DNA from: Fimicolochytrium jonesii
Lineage: Eukaryota
DNA length: 64,000 nucleotides
Direction of reading: 5' to 3'
Assembly: GCF_025526975.1 (NCBI RefSeq)
Contig: NW_026515677.1
Coordinates: 682,001 to 746,000, forward strand
Position numbers and translations under genes: made by a program. Positions 1 to 12,484 of this stretch are shown here, piece after piece. The notes under the pieces are model-generated. The model made no database searches, had not been told where the DNA came from, and was given only the letters and a program-made list of their open reading frames with translations. Numbering within the stretch: position 1 is the stretch's first letter; each line of letters begins with the position of its first letter.

Positions 1-815
1 ATTCATCACTGCTCAATGTTACGGTACAATGCGAGGCGAGGCTCCAATTGAGAGCTACCTGCAAGCGTTGTCGAGAGCGTTGTACCATGTAGCCTCATAT
101 GGGAGCGCCGGGGAAGCCTCATCAAAATGCCATACCGCGAGCACAAGATGCTACTCTTTGTGAACGAGGTGAGAAGGCGGGCCGTGCATGAATAACGGGA
201 GAAAGAGAGCCGGGGCCCACGACGACGGTTGGGGGTGGGGGCGGGGGGAAGAAGAATGCGATTGTGTTTGTGGGGATGAGGTCAAGTTTGAGCTTAATTC
301 GAACTTGGGACCGATGAACTCGCCCAATACATCGAACGGGCTGCCCGTTACGGTTTCCTGCCTTGCCCGTCCTCGTTTCCACCATATTCATATTGCATAT
401 TGTTAGTGAGAGTTCGTACAGGCTGTGCTCCGACGGGTGCTGTTGTTGTTGTTCAAGTTGAGCCCGAGTGTTGTGGCTCCCTAAAAATAAAACGTGGCGC
501 GTCCGTGGGAAAACCTACTTGAGAGAATCGAAGGCTCTTCCCTCCCCAACACAATTCCCGACTGTGGCGGAAAGCTGCAGCGTTTGGAAATCCTCTAATT
601 TACAACCACCAACGTATAGTTTCCATAGTTCACCCAGCTACAACTGTTTGAGTAGACTTTTATCCCCCGTCTCCTCGCCTGTATTATCTCTTCCCTTCGA
701 TCGGCAGTTGCATCGGCCTTTGCACAGTCCTGGTCGTGGCTGAGCACCACCCTTCCGTCTGTCCTCGGGACGGCTGACGACTAGTCACAACTTTGTATCA
801 GCGCCATAGCGAGCT

Positions 816-3800
816 ATGCAACAGGGCGAACGGTCTGGTCTTGGGACAAACACAGGGCGAATAATGGACGGCTCAAGGTAAGCCATGCTCAGCCATATCT
901 TTTTTTTTCGGGTGGGAACAATGCACGCGTGGGAAAATCGTGCATGCGTTATGTGAGAGGGCCCGTATGGGGGAGCACAGCGCTCTCCCTTGCCCTTGTT
1001 GGTTGCCCTTTTTGGGTTGCTCTGCCGCGACAAGTGTATCATTCTCAACTTCTTTCCATTGGCGCCTCAGGTCATTGCTAGATACCTCGAATAACGTGAA
1101 TAGAATGGGCGATAGTATATTCTCTAGTAAACAAATGGGTAGCACCGGCTATTACATCGAGTCGCTGCGGGATGCGAGCAGCAACGACAAGGAAGATATG
1201 AATATGGGTACAGAACAGCAAGGCGGTAACTTATCGATTCCGGGTGGTAGGGCGCCAGGCGCATATGGACGACCACGCGCGGAAACCTTCTCGTTCTTTC
1301 CATCGAAAATGGTCTCGGACCCAGCACAGATGTCGACACCAAGCCGAACTGCGAAAAGCGCTGCGCCGATGAGCATACGAAACAGGTCGGGATCCCTATC
1401 TCTTCCGAGATCTAACATCTCAGGCGCGTTTGGACCATCTCTGTTCGCTACATCTTGGCAGCCGGCCAGTATCCTCGCCACTTTGGGAGAGCGTACATTG
1501 GTCGGGCACTCTGACTATGCTAGCAGTGCGGGCGGAGAAGACGAGACAACGGCAGTTGCGCGAACCTTAGATTACCTTGGATTGGACGACCCAGTCTTGG
1601 ATGGATCAAGGAACGGCTACGTTGGTCGTGACATCGGAAACACTGTCTCATCTTTCAACCGAGCAAGGTCCTACTCCGTGGCCGTCGGCGAGAAGATGCT
1701 TTTGCCTTCGGCTATGGCGGCGGCTTCATCCGGTTATCGGCCAAGGGCCACGTCTATCGCATTCATGGAGACGACGGTCGATAGCGATATCGAGGCCATC
1801 AGGCGCAGTCTTGCGCGTGGCGACCTGGAACTGGAGATGGAAAGCCCGGCTTCTGATCTGAATGTGGATGGGGCGCTGGTAAACAATCATCCGTCTCCTC
1901 AGATCACGTTCGCGAATGCGCTCTCTGACCATTAAATATCCCACTTTTCCTTAGTACAACATCGGACATAGCCCCCAAGATTATGCACCTTACGGCATCG
2001 ACAGGGCTCTGAGCGAATCGCCTCTTCGTCAAAACGTCGATCTCCCTCACGCTCACCAAGTCCCAACCCGCTCCCTCTGGATAGGCAATATCGACCCCAC
2101 CCTTTCCCCATCCGACCTGTTGACATTGTTCTCTCCATTCGGGCCCATCGAGTCACTTCGTATTCTACCTGACAAAGAGTGCGCTTTCGTCAACTACGTG
2201 CGCATGGAAGACGCGGTCGCTGCAAGGGATGAGATGCAAGGCGGACGTGTTGGCAACTGTGTTGTTCGTATTGGATATGGCAAGGCGGAAGCGATTAATG
2301 ACACGCAGGGGATGCAGCCGACAAAATCTTTGTGTATGTGTGCATTTTGGCTCCGGGTATCGATGGTCCTTTTACTCATCCTTATGGTTTCTTACATAGG
2401 GGTCGGCAATATCGCTCCGTCTATGGATCCAGCTGAGCTTGAGGCGATGTTTGCTGTCTTTGGTCCCGTCGAGTCTGCCCGCGTCCTGGTGAGTAGAGTC
2501 TTCGCATTCGGCCCTCTCTTTGGCAGCAAATACTGAACGTCGAGTCAATTCACTACAGACACACAAGAACTGTGGGTTCGTAAACTTCGTCCGACTCGAA
2601 GACGCCATGGAAGCACGCCGCCGTATGAACGGAAACGATGTCGGAGGCGCCGTTATCAAGATCGGCTACGCCAAGGTTCCGCCCAAAGGCTCCGAGCCAC
2701 TCGGTTTCGGTCCATCAAGCGCAACCCATATTTTCCACGGCACATCCCCCACCCGCGACCGACCCAACTCGTCCGCTGGCAGGATGCCCTCCTACCAACC
2801 AGCGCCCGGTTATGTGCTTGGAACGACGCTCCAGCAGAACTACGCATCCAACCGCAACTCAACGGGTAACCATTCGGTGTCGTCTGCGCAAGGGTATCCG
2901 CATGATGTGCGGCACAGTTCCACGTCACCGCTTTCGGGACGGTTTAGCACGGCTGGGCAGAATGGGAATGGGGCTTATTTGAAGGATTCTTCTGTCACTT
3001 TGGGGTCGAGGTCGCCGGTTAGGAAGAACTCGGTGGGCGGGGAGGAAGCCTTGGATAGTCTGTGGAAGGATGTTGCGAGTTCAGGTAAGGGTGACTTGTT
3101 GCGAACGGCTTCTGATCATTGCGTTCCACGGTTTTCTGATATCGATCTTTTCAACCTTTGCAGAGACATATGCGCAAGCGATACCACCTGTCCCGGAACC
3201 GAAAGCTAACCGACGGGTCGATCAGATGCGTTTGCGCGAACTGCGGAAACGATTGGAGGGACATCCGAGTGTCAAGGATGTTGAGTCTTACTTCAATGAG
3301 GTTGTGGATGATACCGTGGACCTCTGTACAGGTACGTGCGTGCTTGTGCTTATCAACATCAATGAATGAGTGATGACTAACGTGTAGGATTGCAGACTAC
3401 ATCGGAAACGTGGTGATCCAGAAGCTCATCGAAAAAACCTCCGACGCACACCGCCTCCGTCTCATCGAAGCCATCGCGCCACATATGCCCGCAATCGGGA
3501 TCCACAAGAACGGCACCTGGGTGGTCCAAAAGATCATCGACTACGCCAAAACCGGCGCTCAAATCGAAGCCATCGTCAACGCGCTCAAAGCGTTTACGCC
3601 ACCATTACTCCTCGACCAATTTGGAAACTACGTCGTTCAGTGCTGTTTACCGCTCGGAACCTTGCGAAACCAGTTTGTCTTCAACGCCATGCATGCCAAG
3701 TGTATTGAGATTGGGCAGGGCCGCTTTGGAGCCCGTGCTATGAGGGCGTGTCTGGAGAGTCAGTTTACGACGAAACGGCAGCAGAAGTTTGTCGCAGAGG

Positions 3801-4967
3801 CGATTGTGCATAATGTCATTCAGCTCGTGACGAACCCGAATGGGGCGATTCTCGTCACGTGGTTGTTGGATGCTAGCGGGTTGCCGGGGAGGTACTCGGC
3901 TATGGCGCCGAAGCTCGCTATGCATATTATTGCCCTGTGTACGCACAAACTGGCTAGTGCTACGATCTTGAAGCTTGGTGAGTGAGGGAGAGGGTTTACT
4001 GATGGAGTAACTTCACCTAGCTATATACTGATCTGTTGATGTGAACTACCTCATAGTTACTCAACGAGTCGAACCGGAAGCCCGCGAGCACGTAGTGCAA
4101 GAAATCTTCTACCGCGAAGACCCCGGTAGCCCACACCCTTCAAACCTGCAACAGATCCTCTCCGACCAAATCCACGGCGTATCGGTGATCCAGAAAATCC
4201 TCGCTTCCGGCTGCACTTCCGCCGACGAGAAGACACGCTTCGCCGACTGCGTGCGAAACGTGCTTGCGACCATGCCGGAGGTGCGCGAGAGTCAGATGGG
4301 CTACAAGCGGCTGCTTGATGAGCTGATGGTCATTCCGTCCAACCTTCCTCCGGATGCCGGTGTGGCTGCGAACCTTGGGCGGGCTGCGGGTGGTGCCGCT
4401 GGTTACAGCGTGAAGACGTACAACGTGTCTCGACCCCAGGACGATGAAGTCGTGAGTCCCCTTGTACCACAGACGGGCGGAGGCGGATATCCGTTCGGAC
4501 AAGTCGCGCCTTCAGCGTCCACCGCTACTTCCAGCAATGGGCACGGTCACCACCAACAACACCACCATCACCACCCTGCCCCCTCGACGCCCTCCCACGG
4601 CTGGTACTCCAGCCCGTCCCAACTGCCCACACCCAGCAACTCCCCCCAACCCGGGATGTACGGCATGCCCCTTTCGCCCTACGGCAACATCTACGGCGGC
4701 GGACCCTTCCAACAACCCTTCGGCGGCGGACCAGCTTACATGAATAGCTACCCACCCAGCCCCGCCCACCCCTCCACCCACCAACAACATTTCGGGATCA
4801 TACCCCACCCCATGCAGATGAACGGCGAGATGCCCCCGCCGCCACCCTCCCAGCCCAGGTTCTATTCCTCCCCATCGCAACACCAACACCAACAACATCA
4901 AACGCATCCAGGGTCGCCAGCCCCTGCGGACTTGTCCGCTGGCGATTCGGAGCATTTGGACATGTGA
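816..4967 (+). CDS. JSN1: Pumilio/PUF-family RNA-binding protein with two RRMs (Jsn1/Puf2 type), multi-exon
   Basis: RRM motifs (PTRSLWIGNID, KECAFVNY, KNCGFVNF) are followed by PUF repeats (IGNVVIQKL, NGTWVVQKI, FGNYVVQCCL) and a Pro/His/Gln-rich tail. Putative first exon 816-877 (gtaagc...cctcag) splices in frame into ORF 940-1935. Confidence 0.9.
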
Positions 4968-5971
4968 ACATCGAAGAAAATTGGTGGCGAACAAAGGGAC
5001 ACCGTCCGTGTGTGTACACTCCCCGAACGCCTCCCCTCCATATCTATCAACCACGCCCTCTCGATTACGTTTTGCTCTCCCCCATCATCTCCGTGGGCCA
5101 TTTTTGTTATGTATTGTCTGTCTGTTACTGCTATGCACCCCCCGGTCTTTTTAGTTTAGGTTTTTAGCGCTCATCTCTCGCTCCATATGTATTTGGGATA
5201 GTCAGGCTAGAGAAGGGAAATAGGGGGGTGGGGAGTGCATGTTTTCCCCCTCTTTTCCCTGCACACATCCACCCAATTCATTTATTTTTTGTTTTGAAGA
5301 GATATCATCATACAGTATGCATTATACCTTGCGGCAGTGTGTACATGTGAGTTTTGGTGGTTGTTCGGTTTTCAATGAAATGAGCTATCTTTGATCGAAA
5401 TGAGAACCTCCCGGGAGGGGAGATTGGTGCAAAGATCATATGCCTGCGTGTATCAGTACTTGGTTGGCAGCCTGCGGTAGCCTGTTGTGTGTTATAGGAC
5501 AAGGGTACCTCTGCATCACAAACAAAAACATGTAGGTCCCACCGCAATCGAGTGCCAAATCGGGTGCCTAAATATGTGTTCATTGATAAGTTCACGAACA
5601 CTGGTTGGTGGGAGGAGGAGCTCCTCTGGCACGATGGGGGTGGCCAATTGGAAATCTATTCAAGTAGGGGGCCGAGAACGGAGCCGAGAAGGTTGCGACC
5701 ATGGCCCGTGCCAGCAACAACTTTGATCACGTCCGCTGCACATCGCTGCCACATGGCTTTCAAACCCTAAGCGATCTGAAGGAACAGCTCCCTGAGCTTA
5801 GCTAGGAAGTTTAGCGCCGACGTTCGCAAACTAGTATGAACGAATGCATGTGCCGTATACGTACGTACCTAGGATTGGCGCAACATAGAGAGAATCAGCT
5901 TTCACATGTACTGTGCATATATGCATTTCTAACACGTCCGGAAAAACTAATGCTCAGATGAAAGACAGGCG

Positions 5972-7999
5972 AAAACGCGAAACTGACGCGTCGCCTTTTT
6001 GCAACTGTTGGGAAGAGTCCGTCCAGAAGCATTTTACTTCTTGGTTGCGCGTTTTCTGGGAAGGGCAAAATAGATATATATTGCCTGCATTCGATGTGCA
6101 TTCCGTTATTCCGATGAATGCCGGTTATCGAAGTACAACGGTGCCAGATATTTTGGAAGCAGCAAAGCGAGGAAGTGCTTGGGGTTCTCCTCCTTTCACC
6201 TTGTCGATCGCAATGGGGGCTTTGCTTCGCCAAGGCCGTTTGTCTTGATCATGTTCCCTCATCTCGGACTCGTCCTGGGACAGGGCAGAGGCTCCTGTCC
6301 TCTCTCCCTCCACATGCTTCGAAGTTAAATGGATGCAGGCGCTTTTGCAAAGTATCAGACACCTATCTTTAGAACCTTTCCAGAAACGCGAAACATACGC
6401 GTGCGGTATTTTGCCGTATGTTGAGGTTTCTTGGCGTCCATTCTTTTTCCTGAACTTCCAGCAAACCTTCATTCCCTCTTCTACACTGAACAAACGCTCA
6501 CAGACATCCTGGACGAGAGACGGACAGGTAAAGGTGGGAACACGAAACCGACGCCTGCGCTTTTCCTGGACTCCTTGTATCACGAGTTGTCCAAACGGTC
6601 AGCACCGCGCTGTGTCCTTCCAAAGTGTTCCAGGCGCTACTCCAAGTCGGCTTTCTGGGGACATGAGTATGGGTTATAGGAAGAAATGCAGCGTGTATCC
6701 CCTTTTCGTTGGCACGAGCGATATCATCCACCCATAAGGCGAAACCAGCGCGTGCGCCGTTTCCTCTACGCCTGAACTTTTCATCCCACTCACGCGTTGT
6801 CGGAACTTTCCACTATTTGTCCTGCATCATATACATCATATACATCATCTACATCATCATACATCATTTGCATCATATACAGTACACAAGCAGTTGTGTC
6901 CGGTAAAACACATGAAGCAAAATACTCGAATATATTAGATTCATGTGCGCTGACCCAAAACGCGAAACTGACGCCGGCCTCTAGCCGAATCACGCGTGTT
7001 TTTAGCTTAACGCCGTTGTCCGAATATTCCAGTTCCTCTCTCCTTACTCCACATCCTCGTCATTATGCAGGTCGAACCGTGGGAGGGCAGGCCCACCAGT
7101 GCACTATCCGTCTTTTTGACCTCAAGTGACGGTACAAAAAAAAACCGGGAAACTGAACGCGTCTGCATTTCTCGCGTTTAACTTTCTCTTGCTCCTCCTA
7201 ATTCCGTACATGTACACACTTACTGGGCAAGAAGGTGGGACTGGCATTTGCGTCTCTTTTTTCTTTCTGGGACACAAAGCTCACCTGTGCAAAACGTGAA
7301 CGTAACGCGTCGACCTCTTGCAAAATCACCCCGCCCTGGCCGGAAATCTCGTCATTTTTTCTAGAGTCGATGCGGCGCCGTGGTTATTGATATACGGACG
7401 GAGGGGAGAGGTCAAACCTCCATCTGTGCGTTCTCTTTTTCAATTATCTGTGACCAAGACGCGAAACTGAGCATTTCGTCAGGGCCTAGGAGACTTGTTT
7501 GTTTCGAGCTGCGCGTTGTCCGAACGCCCAGGTCCTCGCTTCTTATTCTGGACACTCCTTCATGGATTGATCGCTCGGAGGTGGGAACAGAGTATTCGTA
7601 CCTGTTTTGCTGGGACACGAGCGGTGGGAAAGATGAAAGATGAAACTAACGCGTTTCAACTTCTTCACATGCCTCTGGAGCAACGGGTGAAGCGCACCAC
7701 GAGCGTCTATTCCCTGATCAGAAAGCATCCATCTTTGGGAAAACTTCTCATGGAGAATACCCTTGAACGAAGTTGGAACTTGGGCCGTGCACAAAACGCG
7801 AAGCTGATGCGTGTGTGCTTAAGCCCCAAGGCTGTTTTTCTTGACGTTAGACTAATCATACCGTTTGGGGAAGGGTGCGATGGGAGGGAAATCTTGCATA
7901 TGTCGCTGACCGAAGAGGACGAAGTACTATCTGGAGTTGCAGCGAAAACTGACGCGTGCTGACATAACTTGATGTGTTTGCGTCGACGCGTTGTCCGAA
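5972..7999 (+). repeat. Degenerate tandem array: 11 copies of a 20-nt box AAAACGCGAAACTGACGCGT, mostly 145-225 bp apart
   Basis: Copies at 5972, 6383, 6537, 6734, 6957, 7142, 7291, 7456, 7635, 7793 and 7937. A second box CGCGTTGTCCGAA occurs at about 6583, 6793, 7012, 7512 and 7987. Confidence 0.8.
6825..6881. repeat. Imperfect 9-bp microsatellite (CATCATATA)n
   Basis: Directly visible, about 6 units, inside one array spacer. Confidence 0.85.
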
Positions 8000-8887
8000 A
8001 GTAACAACCATCCACGGCCCTTTCTATTTCGCGGCGTTCCAACAGCCGTGTTTTACTGAAATGCACTATCAGAGGTATATACTTGTTTTGTGGTCTATTC
8101 AGAGGTCTATGCCGAGAGCTGAGCACCACTCTGCCCCCTTTTCGTGTTCTGGGCGCTAGATGAGCCTTATGGGAGTGAGGAGTGAGGCAGGAGGTACCTT
8201 TTCATAATGCAGATGTGGAAACGGCAAGCCCGACCTGGGCTCATCGTTTTTCTCAACTCGTACATCACCCGAGCATCACCGGCAAAGAATGGGGAACACC
8301 ATTCCGTACCTTGTTTGCTGGGCACGATCAAAAGTTCTTATTGTTAAAGGTGATCTCAGGCGTGGGTGAAAAGTCTGATCTCATCTTTGACGAGGTGTGC
8401 GAACTCGCACAGGTAATGATACTGCTTCCATCTTCAATAACCCTTCCATCTTCAAAGCAAAGACCGGGACCTTCAGTCTGACCGCTGGTCCGACCTCAAA
8501 GGCGTCAAGCAAAGGCGTCAAGCGAACAATGCAAAGGTCCTGGAGGATGGTGGGTGTATGTGACACGCCAAGGACAGGCATCCCAGATCAGCAGGCGCAT
8601 GTGCAGAGAAAGGATGTATACACCGTTCTCAGACCTCACATCTAAGCTTTGAAAGCTCAAGTTTAGACGCCAGAAGACACCATGATACGTAGGTACCGCA
8701 AGTAATAATGATCGCAAACGGACCGCCACCAAGGTAGCAGCACCATGTATCTATGTAGCATAGAGACATGGTGCTGCTACCTAAGCAAGACACAGACGCC
8801 GCAAAGAGAACGGAGAAGACGCAGCACGTCCGCGCAGACTATATGCCGCCATGGAGGTTCAGACCCCGAGGTTGATAGCAGAGCCGC

Positions 8888-8924
8888 GGGGGGGGGGGGG
8901 GGGGGGGAGGGGGGGGGGGGGGGG
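8888..8924. repeat. Poly-G tract (G20-A-G16)
   Basis: Directly visible. Confidence 0.95.
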
Positions 8925-8970
8925 TAGAGGAGTGCTCATAGGCGGCGCGTATGACGAAGTGAAGGGCAGA

Positions 8971-9272
8971 TTACACCTTGGTCACGTCGTCCCAGGTGAC
9001 TCGCCCGGAGCCTGGTGCACCCAAATCCGCCACAATCCTCTTCGACCGGAAGCCGCCGTCTTGGTCGATCATCATGAACATCCCGTCCTCGCCGGTGGTG
9101 AGGGCGCCGAAGACTCTCCGGTTGGGGCGTCCAGCATCCCGACGAGCGGGTGGGTGCGCCAAGCAATAGTCAAACCGAGTGCGGGCTGTACTGTAGGGTG
9201 TGGTAGACGAGGGCTTCTAAGCTTCCACTCGCTGCCACTCGCTGCCACGAAGGACCAGAGACGGAAATACAT
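8971..9272 (-). pseudogene. Possible relic of a PD-(D/E)xK-fold, Crinkler-like nuclease domain
   Basis: Fragments WSFVA..EWK (disrupted by a 10-bp duplication of GTGGCAGCGA) and YCLAH...R..GRPNRRVFGALTTGEDGMFMMIDQDG resemble the ExK...VyG..TdG..f.F..id pattern. Confidence 0.3.
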
Positions 9273-9427
9273 AGCTCCGCCAGGCTGTAATATGTATGCT
9301 CGGTAACGTCGGTAACAAAAGACCCTTCGTTAATTATTACCCGGCATCCGGGCCGCATACCCCCTTTCCCTGTAAATCGTTGCTACGCATAATGGCAGGA
9401 GAGCGCCTATGCACAATCCCACATCGG

Positions 9428-9471
9428 GGCTTGCCCCTGGCTTGCCCCTGGCTTGCCCCTGGCTTGCCCCT
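9428..9471. repeat. Perfect 11-bp tandem repeat (GGCTTGCCCCT)x4
   Basis: Directly visible. Confidence 0.95.
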
Positions 9472-9912
9472 TCTCACCGACGTTTTGCTATTTGCAAATT
9501 CACACCCAAAATGCCGCATGACTGACATCCCTTTACATGAGGAGATGTGTAATGAAGAGTATACAGTTCGCGTCTGCCGTTCCGGTGTGCAGATTTGAGC
9601 GGAAAATGATGGTGAGAAGGAGAGTGCACACCGCCGCAATGCGTCCTGAGACTGACGTTCGAGATGGAGGCAGAGAGGCTGTTCAGGGTCTGCGTTGCCC
9701 ACGGTGAGATGAGTCGAGTGGAGGATGAGATAAGAGCGCGCCAGTCGTCCTGATGACCTTTTTGATTGAGACCTAACTCTACGTGCTCTACATACACCGC
9801 CTCGAGCAACGACTGGACTGTAAATGCTACATACGCCGCTAAAGAGTTAAGCCTCCCCAAGCTACCGCTACTGCTACGTTTCTGATATGCACATCAACAC
9901 GTAAGATGCAAC

Positions 9913-11259
9913 TTATTCATGGGTGAAGTTGGCCTTGCGCTTGCCAGCGAACGCCGCCATGCCTTCCTTTTGGTCTTTCTGTTAAACGCGTGGGATGAGA
10001 AGCATGCAGAGTTGGGTATTAGTGACCGGGTTAGAGGGTTGAAATGGAAAGCAATGAGAAGCGACGAAAACGCACCGTGGCAAACAGGGCGTGGAACATG
10101 CGACGCTCGAAGAGGAGTCCTTGGGCCAGGGGAACCTCGAAAGCTGCGTGATATGGAAGAACCAAAAATGTTACTTGGAGGATACCAGAACAGACTGCGA
10201 TGCAGAAAGACTTACAGGAGTCGATACACTCAACAGCAGCCAACACACTCGGCAACGAATACCCCGCAATCGTCTCCGCATTCTTGATCGCAGACTCCAA
10301 CAGCTGTTCAGCGGGGTACACTTTCGCGACCAGGCCAGCAGACTCGGCCTCGGCGGCGGACATCATGTCGCCGGTGAGACACATGTGCATGGCTTTGGCC
10401 TTGCCGACCGCTTGCGTGAAGCGTTGGGTGCCGCCGGCGCCGGGAATCACGCCGAGCTTGATCTCGGGTTGCCCGAATTTGGCTTTGTCGCCGGCGTAGA
10501 TGATGTCGCACTGTTGTGTGGGGGAAGGAGGATATTAGGGAGGGCGGGGAACCTTTGGGATAGCCGCAAAAAGGCTTACCATCATTGCGAGCTCACAACC
10601 TCCTCCGAGCTATATGTAGGGGTTTCACAAACGTTGGCGTCAGCTCTTCCATCACAATCTACCCCACATAGTTCCCCAACATCAGAAAACGTACAGCAAA
10701 CCCGTTAACAGCAGCAATAATCGGCTTTCGAATCTTCGTCACACCCGTCCAGTCCTCGATGAAATTATTCTTGAAGTTGTCCACAAAGTTCAGCCTGCTC
10801 ATCTCCTTGATATCCGCACCCGCTTGAAAAAAGGCAAATTCATATTCAATCCTCCACTCCCACCCATGCAACAAGGTCTCCTCAAACCCCCACACGCAAA
10901 GAAAACCAACCAGCAAAACTCTTCTCGCTTCCTGTGATCACCATAGCGCCAATGTTGGCATCAGCATCATACGCTTTCAACGCAGCATTCAGCTCCGTCA
11001 TCAGCGGCGTGCAGAGCGCGTTGAGGGCTTTGGGGCGGTTGAGGGTGACGATGGCGACGCGGCCTCTGGTCTCTGTTTTGATGTGCTCGTATGAGTCTGT
11101 TGGGGGAGGTGGAAGGGATGATGAGTGAGATGACTGGGGAAGGGATGGTTTTGGCCGGTGACACCTACTCAGAGAACGGGAGGAGGCGGAGAATGCCCTC
11201 CGCTGGGCTACGGCGGAGCGGAGGGGCCTGGCGTACATGCAGCGTGCGGCGGAGAACAT
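9913..11259 (-). CDS. ECHS1: Mitochondrial enoyl-CoA hydratase (crotonase family), multi-exon
   Basis: Arg/Ser/Ala-rich presequence, [38 protein letters not shown], and C-terminal [20 protein letters not shown]. Confidence 0.93.
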
Positions 11260-11648
11260 GGTTGTGGTGGTGAGGAGTGTGGTGCTGTGAATGCGTGAGA
11301 AAATCGAGGGTTGCCGATGGGCCTTGGAAGTCCTGCGAACGTTCCCGATGTTGGGAAGTCACGCTGGCCTTCCTTCCCGCTTCAACGCGCACGCGTTCGT
11401 GTTCTTTCTGCCCCAAAAGGCGAGGAACACTCCGCCCACACGAGCGCTTGTGAGTTTTGAACGTTCTTCCATCACACACACGAGCGGGTGATGGAGTTAT
11501 GTGGTGGGGTGGACAGTGGGCAAAAAGTTGCTCTGGGGATGTCGTTGATGATACGGGTCGCTCGCAAAGGGAGAATCAAAAAATTGGATCCAGTTGTGCG
11601 CATTATACTAATAAACAACTTTCAAAATAAACAGCTGGAATACAACAA

Positions 11649-11731
11649 GACGCGATGGCCGAGTGGTCTAAGGCGGTAGACTAGAAATCTACTCCGCTCT
11701 GCGGGCGCAGGTTCAAATCCTGCTCGCGTCG
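11649..11731 (+). tRNA. tRNA-Ser, anticodon AGA
   Basis: Acceptor stem GACGCGA/TCGCGTC, D arm TGGCCGAGTGGTCTAAGGC, anticodon arm GTAGA-CTAGAAA-TCTAC, long variable arm, T loop GGTTCAAATCC, and a downstream T run. Confidence 0.95.
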
Positions 11732-12115
11732 CTCTCTCTTTTCGACTTTTCGCCCATCATTTTCGTCTTTCTCCTCTTGACCTTGTGACGTTATGTGAAA
11801 GCCGAAGCCTTTTAGTTTCTTTTTTCCCTAAGAACTCACTGCTGGGCCACAGCAAAACGCTACCCGGAACTATACAGTGGAGGCATAAACATCGGTTTAC
11901 AACACCCTTGACCATTTTCTGAGGTGTATGGAGCGCCTTCTGCCCTGTCTCTTCATGCTGGCTTTGAGAGTTATCGACATTCCCCTTTTGCAAAGTCGCC
12001 CGCGCGAAAGAGCTAACTATCGTTTGTGCACTATTTTTATGACTCGGCCATACGCTGTCTCTTTACGAAATTTGAAGTATAGGCTGGGCTGGCTATGGCC
12101 CCTCGTCTGTCACAT

Positions 12116-12484
12116 CTACTCGCTGGCCTTCACCTTTGCCGCAGCCCTTTTGAGCAAGCGATTAGCCTGCCTAAACTCCCTCGCCCTATCCGAACTCGAC
12201 GCAAAGTTGATCGTCCAACCCATAGACTTTATGCGTTTCGGGACCAGCCACCTCGGGTCGTCCTTGCAGTGATAAAACACGCCGTAACTCCAATTCTCGT
12301 CATCAGCCCAGTAGCTGTCGAGGAGTGCTTGGTCGGCTTGGAGTTTTTGGTGGATATCGGTCGGGGAGAGGGATGCAATGAAGGTGTCGGTGTCCTTGAC
12401 GAGATCGTCTCGTTCGTGAGGGGTTAGTTCGGCGAGACCGGCGTTTGCGCTGTCGGTAGCAGGGGGGATGTTTGCGGGAGCCAT
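12116..12484 (-). CDS. Small intronless DUF5808-like protein
   Basis: Motif W.YGVFYHCKDDPRWLVPKR..MGWTINFA matches the W..G.FY....Dp.l.VPKR...GWTiNfa signature. Confidence 0.7.
   Translation of the reverse strand: MAPANIPPATDSANAGLAELTPHERDDLVKDTDTFIASLSPTDIHQKLQADQALLDSYWADDENWSYGVFYHCKDDPRWLVPKRIKSMGWTINFASSSDRAREFRQANRLLKRAAAKVKASE

Noticed and set aside
5972..7999. CRISPR array interpretation of the repeated box
   Set aside because: The repeats are too degenerate, the spacers are 125-390 nt, variable and partly homologous to each other, there are no cas genes, and the context is eukaryotic.
5895..8732. Numerous 60-155 aa ORFs across the array region
   Set aside because: No recognisable domains, no consistent frame across repeat units and no splice pattern.
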